From contig JBFIFS010000005.1 of the NCBI GenBank assembly GCA_041602695.1, forward strand, positions 503 through 64,502: DNA of 64,000 nt, given 5' to 3'. The DNA comes from Kiritimatiellia bacterium (lineage in GTDB: Bacteria > Verrucomicrobiota > Kiritimatiellia > UBA8416 > JBFIFS01). Every line of letters begins with the position of its first letter. Within the stretch, counting starts at the first letter, position 1. Both the position numbers and the translations under genes were made by a program. This document shows, piece by piece, positions 57,183-64,000 of this stretch. The notes under the pieces were generated by a model. That model was not told the origin of the DNA, did not search any database, and saw nothing but the letters and a program-made list of their open reading frames with translations.

Positions 57183-57210
57183 TGATCACCGATCACTGAT
57201 AACTGATTAC
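57183..57210. repeat. Four tandem degenerate heptamers TGATCAC-CGATCAC-TGATAAC-TGATTAC between convergent genes
   Basis: Read directly; the last unit contains the stop codon (57207-57209, reverse TAA) of the 1339-aa gene. Confidence 0.6.
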
Positions 57211-60200
57211 TCTTCCGCCTTCTCCAGTGCTTCCGCCCAGAATCCCATAGTTGCCGCAGTCTTGTAAGTGCCGCGGTAAGGGCCCCATCGCCTCTTATGG
57301 CGTGACGCGATGGCCAACGTATTCTCGCCGTTCCTGAGCAGTTTCATCGCGTAGTCCGTGAGACGAGCATCGGTCGTCCCGCCGCCCCGGTCGAGGTTAT
57401 CTATTTTGGCCACCAGCTCGCCATTGAGATAGATGACAACATTTCCCTGCTGGAAGAAGTTGCCCTGGATCCGCAGCGCGTCAAAGGCATTCTTATCATC
57501 AACATTGAATTTCCCGCGGAACAGCGCCGTGTGGTACATCGTCCACGACAAGGGGGTCTTGGCAGTATACCAGGAGCTGTCATCAAACTTCGGCTCCGTC
57601 CAGCCATCCGGCGCGTGCTTGATGTGCTCAACAATCTTCATCTGCCACGGATCGCTCTCCTTTTGGCCTCCCTTCCCGGCCTGTGAAATGAGACTGACCC
57701 ACTTTTCTTTCCTGACAGGAAGCATCTCAGCCTTCCTCTCTGATTCAGCCGCCCTGGCTTCAGCCTCTATCGCTTTTTTGTCTCCATCGACAAGCTGCCG
57801 TCCCGCCTCTGTTTCCAAAGCGGCAACGAGGGCCTCCAGCCGCGGATTGTCTGCCGCGACCACTCCCTTTAGTTGCGGCAGCTCAAGGCTGGCGTAATAG
57901 TGCCTGCCATCCTTAATCAGTCTCTCGCAGAGGCTGAGGTCGTGCTCAATGCTTGCGCGCAGAATTCGGACAGACTCCAGCAGATGATTCACTACGGGCA
58001 GGTCTTCCGCCGGCAGCACGTTCTCCATCTGCTCGAGAATAAGTTCTTCGCAGAGCTTATAGTCGCGGTTCCTGTGCGCCTGTACAGCGGGCTTAAGGTA
58101 ATCAGGACAGTTCGTGCCGAATGCCGAACTGGGTGCGCCCAGCATGCGGAGCCGCTGCTTAGGGGCCACGTACGGAAGGCCATAAGACACGCCGACACCG
58201 CCACGTCCGGCCTGGTTGAAGGCCCCGTCACTCCTTCGGAAGAGCTCCCTCCACCATCTCTGGCCCTTCATGAAATGCTTGAAGCTCTTCTCTCCGGCGG
58301 CCCAGGCACCAACCGGTGTCCAGAAGTTGTTGAAGAACATGCCGCCGTGTCCGCTTCGCGTCCTGTTATATCCATACACGCAGTGGCGCGCACATATGTC
58401 TACGGAGTCCTTGTAGCCGTCCAGCATGTTATACAGGGAAGCGGCCATCCCAAGCTTTCCGTTCATACTCCATAGCGCGCCGTTGGCCTCGGCTTCAGGG
58501 TCAATTTGGGGCGGTCCTTCACGCCTGAGACCGGAATAGGAGTAGAGCACAAACCCATACTCTGCCCGTCCCTTGTTGTGGTGCTCAATGCCGCGCTTGA
58601 GGGCCAGCTCATCAATCTCAAGGCCTGCCTCTTTGCCGAGCTGCATCCCCATCACACATGACATGCCCGCATGGGGCAGCAGCCCGTATCCCGACTGCCA
58701 CCTCTCCGGGTTGCCGGGATAATTATGGCGCCAACCGCCAACAGTCTCCTCGCTCTGCGCTGCCTCCTTCGTTGGAGGGGTCTCCTCCGGAGGCTTCAGC
58801 TGTGAAGCCGACGACAGGTCAGCCTGGTACTTGAGATACGGCAGCACGTTCCTGTCCCCGGTAGCATGAAAATACTCACCGAGCAGCATTGACTCGTGTC
58901 CACTGTTCCACGGCTTGGAAACGGTCTCGTCTGTCACTGGCTGCGGCTCCATGCGGGCGATCTTTTCGTAGACCGCGCGGCGAACGAGTCCCTGATGCTC
59001 GGGGTTGGCCGATGCGAGAAGGAAGAAAAGGTCCGTATTCAATTTACCTGCCGGCGTCGACGCCAGCCCCGACTCCGGCCTGTACCGCCTGGAAATCCAG
59101 GCCTCGGCGTCCTTTACGATATTCTCGGACTTCTCGCAGTAGTACGGCGTTGTCGTGCTGTAAGAACCCATGACCTTAAGCTGCAGCTCCACATCCAGCA
59201 GCTTTGTGCCGCGGCGAAGGCTCAAGACCATCTTTCCCTCACCCTCCTCCGACTCACTGTATGTGATCGCGTCGGCCAGCACGAAATACTGGGCGTCTTT
59301 TGCCACGTCAGGCCCATCATCAAACACCTTGCCGTTCACTCCATATATCACGTCACCTGCCTTGAGCTTTCCCTCAGCAGGTGTGCCTGGCTTGACGTCG
59401 GTAACGATGATATTTGGGCCGAACGGAGCCCCGCGCATCCCTATTGGACCCGGCTCAACTGGTATTGGTGCAGAATCTCCTTCCGACAGGTTCGCGATCT
59501 GGCCGTTTATAATGGCCACGTCGCTCTTTGCCCATTTGTCCGCCGTAGTACTGTACTCTTCCGGGAGGTTCGGCGTCTCGGGCGGCGGAATCCATCCAAA
59601 GCTCCAGTCGGCATCTGTGTTGAAAGGCAGAGCCGGAAGGCCCGCACTGTTGACCAGGTCCTGGGCCGGCTTGTCCGTCCAATTGTAACGGACAAACGTT
59701 ATGGGCCCATCGCTCCTCAGCTTAATCGTATCGCCGTCAACGCTTGCCTTTGCCGGAGTGAATTCGCGGTCAGGCCCCGCAGTCTCAAAGTTGGCGAGGG
59801 CTTCGCCGCCTGCCTTAAGCCCTTCAGCAGTGCCTTTCTTAAAGTAAATTGTCGCCTTTCCGAGCTTCGCTTCCATACGGTCAAACAGAGGCCCGCAGGG
59901 CGCTGCGCCTTCACTGCCGCTGACGGCCCCGAGCACCCAATGTCTGCAGCGTTCCGCCAACAGCTTATCGTCCGCGGGCTGACCACTTGAAGGTATGTTC
60001 TCGTTCCCGGGCATGATCAGACCCAAACCGTCCTCTTTTTCGACAGTTCGGCGATGCAGCTCTCGAATTTCACGGTTGTGTGCGGCGTATACGTCAAGAT
60101 CGGAGGAGGGTGGAAGAACCAGGCCGATAGGCAGGTCCTCGTCTGCAAGCGCCTTCCGCCAGTCGCGGGGCACATGCGGAAGGACTCGATCAGTGACGCG

Positions 60201-61226
60201 ATAGCCCAGCTTGAGAATCATGTAGTTGTCGTGCCACCCGGAATCATAGCCGGCCTTCGTCGCCAGCATCCCTTTCTTCTCTATCTCCCTGTACGCGATG
60301 AACGGATAATCATTGCCCAGCTGCAGCAGCACGCCCTTTAACGTCACGTTCTTCAGGGGACTGATGATCGCGTTGTAGCCGGCAGACGGATACATGGGGT
60401 TCTCGAGAGGATGCAGGCCAAGGTATGGCTTGACCCCCTTCCCCTTCATGGTTTCTTCATAATATTTGTCCAGGTCCGCCTGCGCCTTTCCGCTGTCGCG
60501 CGCCTCGACCTCTTCTTCCATCCAGCCGATAAGGTAATCAACCTCCTTGTCGTCAGGAGTCAGCTTCGCCGCTTCAGCCATCGCGTCCCTGTCCCTCCAT
60601 GAAATGTGAAAGTGGTGGGACATGTTGAGATCGATGATGCCCACAGGTACCCCAAGATCTTTCACGAGGTCGCGGCCGAGGTAGAACGCCGCCGCGGACA
60701 TGGTAAGAGCGTTGTTGCCGTCCACCTTGACCCAGCCTACGGTCGACTTCTCGTTCAGGTCCGCCTGCGGCGTCTTTGCGGGTATCATGTCTATCGTAAT
60801 CGCGCGAAAGGCCTCCTTTGGCCTGTAAAGTGCCGCCGCCTTCTGTCCTTCGGGCGTCCTGCCAAGCGAGATGTCCACATAGGTCTGGCGGCCAAAGAAC
60901 CAGACATCGCCTATCAGGATGTCGCTGAAAACGGCCCCTCCTGTCCCGGCCATGACATTCAGACTCTGCCCCTCTGCGTTGGCCGGCATTGCATCGAGCG
61001 TGACAACCCAGTTACCGTCTTCGTCAGCGTTCGCGCTCTTAGTCTGTCCGGCAAACTTGACCGTAACCTTGTCGCCTTTCCGGGCCGTGCCCCAGACCTT
61101 CACGGGCTTGCCGCGCTGAACGACCATGCTGTCGCCGAAATAACGGCTCACGGAAAACTCGGCGGCGCTTGCGAAGCCAGCGGAAACAAGAAATACGGCG
61201 AGGACAGCCAGCAGAGACTTATGCAT
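57207..61226 (-). CDS. Secreted 1339-aa multidomain protein: SASA (sialate-O-acetylesterase)-like N-terminal domain, PDZ-like segment, large helical domain, C-terminal galactose-binding-like domain
   Basis: Signal peptide MHKSLLAVLAVFLVSAGFASA. SASA-type start FGDSMVVQRGKPVKVWGTARKGDKVTVKFAGQ...DEDGNWVVTL. PDZ-like VTDVKPGTPAEGKLKAGDVIYGVNGKVF. C-terminal FDDSSWYTAKTPLSW...LRIQGNFFQQGNVVIYLNGELV, like GH2-N/CBM sandwiches. Confidence 0.8.
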   Translation of the reverse strand: MHKSLLAVLAVFLVSAGFASAAEFSVSRYFGDSMVVQRGKPVKVWGTARKGDKVTVKFAGQTKSANADEDGNWVVTLDAMPANAEGQSLNVMAGTGGAVFSDILIGDVWFFGRQTYVDISLGRTPEGQKAAALYRPKEAFRAITIDMIPAKTPQADLNEKSTVGWVKVDGNNALTMSAAAFYLGRDLVKDLGVPVGIIDLNMSHHFHISWRDRDAMAEAAKLTPDDKEVDYLIGWMEEEVEARDSGKAQADLDKYYEETMKGKGVKPYLGLHPLENPMYPSAGYNAIISPLKNVTLKGVLLQLGNDYPFIAYREIEKKGMLATKAGYDSGWHDNYMILKLGYRVTDRVLPHVPRDWRKALADEDLPIGLVLPPSSDLDVYAAHNREIRELHRRTVEKEDGLGLIMPGNENIPSSGQPADDKLLAERCRHWVLGAVSGSEGAAPCGPLFDRMEAKLGKATIYFKKGTAEGLKAGGEALANFETAGPDREFTPAKASVDGDTIKLRSDGPITFVRYNWTDKPAQDLVNSAGLPALPFNTDADWSFGWIPPPETPNLPEEYSTTADKWAKSDVAIINGQIANLSEGDSAPIPVEPGPIGMRGAPFGPNIIVTDVKPGTPAEGKLKAGDVIYGVNGKVFDDGPDVAKDAQYFVLADAITYSESEEGEGKMVLSLRRGTKLLDVELQLKVMGSYSTTTPYYCEKSENIVKDAEAWISRRYRPESGLASTPAGKLNTDLFFLLASANPEHQGLVRRAVYEKIARMEPQPVTDETVSKPWNSGHESMLLGEYFHATGDRNVLPYLKYQADLSSASQLKPPEETPPTKEAAQSEETVGGWRHNYPGNPERWQSGYGLLPHAGMSCVMGMQLGKEAGLEIDELALKRGIEHHNKGRAEYGFVLYSYSGLRREGPPQIDPEAEANGALWSMNGKLGMAASLYNMLDGYKDSVDICARHCVYGYNRTRSGHGGMFFNNFWTPVGAWAAGEKSFKHFMKGQRWWRELFRRSDGAFNQAGRGGVGVSYGLPYVAPKQRLRMLGAPSSAFGTNCPDYLKPAVQAHRNRDYKLCEELILEQMENVLPAEDLPVVNHLLESVRILRASIEHDLSLCERLIKDGRHYYASLELPQLKGVVAADNPRLEALVAALETEAGRQLVDGDKKAIEAEARAAESERKAEMLPVRKEKWVSLISQAGKGGQKESDPWQMKIVEHIKHAPDGWTEPKFDDSSWYTAKTPLSWTMYHTALFRGKFNVDDKNAFDALRIQGNFFQQGNVVIYLNGELVAKIDNLDRGGGTTDARLTDYAMKLLRNGENTLAIASRHKRRWGPYRGTYKTAATMGFWAEALEKAEE

Positions 61227-61313
61227 AACTTTGAACTCCTTTGGTTTGTTTAGATATGCGCAATAATGGCTTCAGAATAGGGCGATCTGAAGGTTTAATC
61301 CAGCCACAAACAG

Positions 61314-61338
61314 AAAAAAAGGGCCCACAAGAGGGCCT
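61314..61338 (-). terminator. Rho-independent terminator of the zinc-ribbon gene
   Basis: On the minus strand AGGCCC-TCTTGT-GGGCCC is followed by TTTTTTT; the hairpin overlaps the stop codon (61337-61339). Confidence 0.6.
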
Positions 61339-61747
61339 ATAGGAGGGCGCGTATCTTAGCGATAAGGGCGCTGAAGCCTCTTGTTTCGGAGCGCTGAAGG
61401 ACTTTGCTGAGCTCTGACCAGTCAAAGTACAGCCCACCGCAGCTTGCACAGGTATCCAGTGCTGTTCCAGCCACGATCTTCTCGTGCAGCTTATCCTGTT
61501 GGCAGCGGGGACACATTTCATGGGCGGTCACAAGACGCCGCTTTTCGCGGGAGATTTCGCTTCGAGCCTGAAGAAGGATCTCCTCAGTCGTCTTCCGCGC
61601 ACCGTTCTTGAGCATTTCCAGCTCGCCGCCGTCCAGCCAGATTCCCTCGCAGGTAGGACAGGAGTCCACTAGGACTCCATCCAGCGCTTTACGGGTCATT
61701 CTAGAGCTGCACTTGTAGCACTTCATTACACTTCCCCCTGCCGACAT
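61337..61747 (-). CDS. Twin zf-TFIIB-type zinc-ribbon protein
   Basis: 136 aa with two copies of CxxC-(12-17)-CxxCxGxWxDxxEL: YKCSSRM...DSCPTCEGIWLDGGELEML and CPRCQQD...DTCASCGGLYFDWSELSKV. Confidence 0.8.
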   Translation of the reverse strand: MSAGGSVMKCYKCSSRMTRKALDGVLVDSCPTCEGIWLDGGELEMLKNGARKTTEEILLQARSEISREKRRLVTAHEMCPRCQQDKLHEKIVAGTALDTCASCGGLYFDWSELSKVLQRSETRGFSALIAKIRALL

Positions 61748-61826
61748 TTATCGACAACAGTTAGCGTAGCACCCACCGGCATCAGCGACCATTACAAACA
61801 GCTCGCCGGGTTGTAATCGGCAGGAC

Positions 61827-62786
61827 CTACTCAACCAAAGCCATGACGTCGGCGGCGCGTGAGGCGCAGTGGAAGATAATCATGGGGCCGCCGCTCTTCT
61901 GGGCTATCCTCGTCACCTTGTTAGTGCCATCTCCACTCTTACTGATCACAGGGCTCTTCCCACGCGAGCCGGCCGACGAAATTTCAGAGACGTGTCCTAT
62001 GGCATTCCCATAAACATCCAGTACCGCGGCACCGCTGGATCCGGGCGCCCAGTCCGTGGAAACCTCCATCCTTGCTGATTCTTCCTGGCCCTTCTTCTTG
62101 TAGACGTAGAACCTGTTAATCATACCTTTGCTGAAATAGCTGGAGCGTCCAAGCGGATCACTGTAGCACCACGCGGAATCACCAGGATATGTATTCGAAT
62201 TCAGGGGCAGCGCCGTGATCTGCCCGTCGGTCTTGACCCTTATGATCGCAGTGTCCGTCGTCTTGTCGGCCGCAAGCACCTCTTCAACAGGGAAAAGGTC
62301 GCCTTTGTTGTTAGCGGCGATCAGGTATCCCTCACGATAAGATTTCTCGTCCTTGTCGATCACGTGATAACAGGTTGCAACCGCGCCTTCATCATTTATA
62401 AAATAGCCGCCGGCCAGGTTCTGGTGCCACTTGTCGCACTTCTTACACTTGTAGTGCCATCCAACGCGGACATGGGCTGATTTACTGCGTCGCCATATCT
62501 CCCGGTCCGTGAGTTCTTTCGTGCTGGGTTCGGGCAGCTCAATCTTACAGGACTCCCTTTCAAGCTGCTTCCCGACCTCTTTGAGGGAAAGAAGCGCGTC
62601 CGCCTCCATAAGCTTGTTGGCCTTTTCGACCAGCATTTTAAACTGCTCGCCCTTGTCCCTCACAATCTCCACGCCGGGCGCCTGGGCAAACAGGTATCCC
62701 GACAAAACAACCGCACAAATGCCGCACAAGCCTAACGCACTAAACAGCCTCATCATGATCTCCATAACATAATTTGACAGAGGCAC
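61827..62786 (-). CDS. Secreted trypsin-like (S1/Trypsin_2) serine protease
   Basis: 319 aa (GTG); the real start is probably ATG 62756/62753 (MMRLFSALGLCGICAVVLSGYLFAQA). Triad contexts ATCYHVI (His), DTAIIRV (Asp), APGSSGAAVLD (Ser). Confidence 0.8.
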   Translation of the reverse strand: MPLSNYVMEIMMRLFSALGLCGICAVVLSGYLFAQAPGVEIVRDKGEQFKMLVEKANKLMEADALLSLKEVGKQLERESCKIELPEPSTKELTDREIWRRSKSAHVRVGWHYKCKKCDKWHQNLAGGYFINDEGAVATCYHVIDKDEKSYREGYLIAANNKGDLFPVEEVLAADKTTDTAIIRVKTDGQITALPLNSNTYPGDSAWCYSDPLGRSSYFSKGMINRFYVYKKKGQEESARMEVSTDWAPGSSGAAVLDVYGNAIGHVSEISSAGSRGKSPVISKSGDGTNKVTRIAQKSGGPMIIFHCASRAADVMALVE

Positions 62787-62789
62787 AAG

Positions 62790-62851
62790 AAAGGCCCTGC
62801 CGAACTTCTAACTCAGTAACTCATGAGTCTAGGGCGCCCGGCAGGGCTTTT
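62790..62851. terminator. Long GC-rich stem (AAAGGCCCTGCCG ... CGGCAGGGCTTTT) with a 36-nt structured loop between two minus-strand genes
   Basis: Nine perfect GC-rich base pairs extended by A-T/G-T pairs; an inner ACTCA...TGAGT hairpin; T-rich flanks on both strands (TTTTAAAG / CTTTCTT). Confidence 0.35.
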
Positions 62852-62898
62852 AAAGACGAAACTTAATCTTGGCCGCTTTTCAGGACTGATCCGGTCAC

Positions 62899-64000
62899 CT
62901 AATCTCCCAAAACCGATTCCATAGCGGCAAGGGCCTCTCGATTCAGCCTCCTGGTCACCTCGTTCTCCAGCTTTGTAAAGCCGCCCTCTTCTGGCACGGA
63001 CAGTATCGAATCTTTCTTCACCAACCGCGCTTCCCTGCTAACTAAATGAGGATGAACGACACCCCCCACGAGAACAATAATGAGACCCAGTATCGGAATT
63101 AATGACCTGGCGACTGTACCCCTGAACATCGCGGTATTTCGGCGCCCTGTTGCCAACCAGACTACAAGACCAACGGGGACGATGCTTAACAGGAATATAA
63201 CCCACCATTTTCGCGCACGCGGTGTGCCCAGCGCCAGATACCTGCACCGCGCATCTACGAGCTTTTGCATCTGGTAGGCGGCCACGGACAGCATAATGGC
63301 CGTAAGCAAATGCAGTTCCAGGACAAAACGCGGCCACATCAGGAGCGAGAGATCACGGCCCGAAAGATCCGTGTGCCGCGTATAGATGAAGAACACAGCC
63401 AGTGGAACCACGACGGAAAACAGCAGAACCTTTACGGTCTGTCGAGGATCCGGCAGCAAAAGGAGGGGCGCCGACTCGCCGCCCCGGACAAAACGCATAT
63501 AGAGCGCGATTGCCAAAAGGCCCAGCATGATAAGAAACAGGCAGGATATGAAGCCGGAAAGCCATCCTTTCTCCACCCAGGTATGTTCTATCTCTCGACC
63601 CGGCGCCAGGTCTTCTTTGGTCACGCCGTCGGAGCCGATTGCCGGAATGAGCATTCCCGCCAGGATGCTGCCATGCATCCTGATGGTCTTGCCCATGTCA
63701 TTGTTGTCAGATTTCAGTCGCGCCTTGTGCCCGTCATAGACGGCAGTAACCGCCCCGCTGAGCCGCCGCATCTCCTCGGCTCTCTCCGTCTCACCTGTCT
63801 TCTCAAGCACAGCGGCAGATTCGCCGCCAAGCCCTGCAATTGCGAAAGAGACCAGGGCCTCTATCAGTGTGCCATCCTGCGCGAATCCCTTCTTGCAGAG
63901 CGGATACCATGCCTCAAGATAGGGCAAAGCCTCAGCTTTCCTGCCCTCGGCAACAAGCAGCTCAGCGTACTTCAGTGACGTCCGGGCCAGGTTCCTGTGC
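62899..64000 (-). CDS. Membrane protein with TPR-like N-terminal part; 5' end lies beyond the right window edge
   Basis: The track ORF 62899..63927 starts at a TTG. Hand translation shows the same frame stays open to base 63997-63999 (..HRNLARTSLKYAELLVAEGRKAEALPYLEAWYPLCKKGF..). There are five hydrophobic helices in the C-terminal half. Confidence 0.7.
   Translation of the reverse strand, partial: HRNLARTSLKYAELLVAEGRKAEALPYLEAWYPLCKKGFAQDGTLIEALVSFAIAGLGGESAAVLEKTGETERAEEMRRLSGAVTAVYDGHKARLKSDNNDMGKTIRMHGSILAGMLIPAIGSDGVTKEDLAPGREIEHTWVEKGWLSGFISCLFLIMLGLLAIALYMRFVRGGESAPLLLLPDPRQTVKVLLFSVVVPLAVFFIYTRHTDLSGRDLSLLMWPRFVLELHLLTAIMLSVAAYQMQKLVDARCRYLALGTPRARKWWVIFLLSIVPVGLVVWLATGRRNTAMFRGTVARSLIPILGLIIVLVGGVVHPHLVSREARLVKKDSILSVPEEGGFTKLENEVTRRLNREALAAMESVLGD

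Noticed and set aside
58896-59990. 364-aa plus-strand ORF antisense to the 1339-aa gene. Comparable shadows lie at 48096-48980 (in the ROK-like gene), 21940-22650 and 23029-23772 (in the antiporter gene), 6538-7233 (in the FHA-like gene) and 10589-11290 (in trpB).
   Set aside because: Each lies wholly inside a longer ORF whose product has clear family motifs. The shadows are Arg/Pro/Gly-rich, as expected for antisense frames in GC-rich DNA.

Overview
This is a 64-kb chromosomal window, roughly 57-58% GC by eye and densely coding: about 50 protein genes and 2 tRNAs. I saw no rRNA, CRISPR array, transposase, integrase or phage gene. The gene content suggests an anaerobic, polysaccharide-degrading Gram-negative bacterium, plausibly of the PVC group (Kiritimatiellota/Lentisphaerota-like). 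That placement is inferred from gene architectures only. From left to right the window holds: the 5' part of a membrane pyrophosphatase (hppA, open at the window edge and missing from the ORF track); an HDAC-family deacetylase; tRNA-Ser(GCU); a His/Cys-rich membrane protein; a trp cluster (trpC ... trpF-trpB-trpA) interrupted by a PAS-DHp-receiver protein and a 1378-aa FHA-like/TM/giant-ectodomain protein; an M29 aminopeptidase; guaB; a membrane-anchored metallophosphoesterase whose 3' end overlaps tRNA-Pro(CGG); a complete rnfABCDGE operon; a CPA2 cation/proton antiporter fused to a PTS EIIA(Ntr)-type domain; an F1-only ATP synthase operon atpAGDC (no delta, no Fo, short epsilon); a DUF212/PAP2-like membrane protein; an FHA-sigma54 enhancer-binding protein; a polyprenyl-phosphate sugar transferase; a ~1635-aa GYF-domain giant coiled-coil protein with a bitopic coiled-coil partner and a convergent LysM lipoprotein; manA; murG with an FmdB zinc-ribbon gene; a carbohydrate uptake/catabolism locus (SBP-permease fusion, permease with a giant periplasmic insert, NahK-like kinase, ROK-like protein, Gfo/Idh/MocA oxidoreductase, AraC regulator); two tandem paralogous lipoproteins of unknown fold; a protein with a prepilin-type signal; and an esterase-rich locus (URO-D-like, SGNH hydrolase, 1339-aa SASA-like/PDZ multidomain protein). 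I found no canonical defence, secretion or mobile system. The most unusual items are the signalling/envelope insertion inside the trp operon, the GYF giant coiled-coil neighbourhood, the tandem lipoprotein paralogs, the antiporter-EIIA fusion and the atypical ABC importer. All functional calls rest on motif recognition by eye plus the supplied ORF track. No database search was run.
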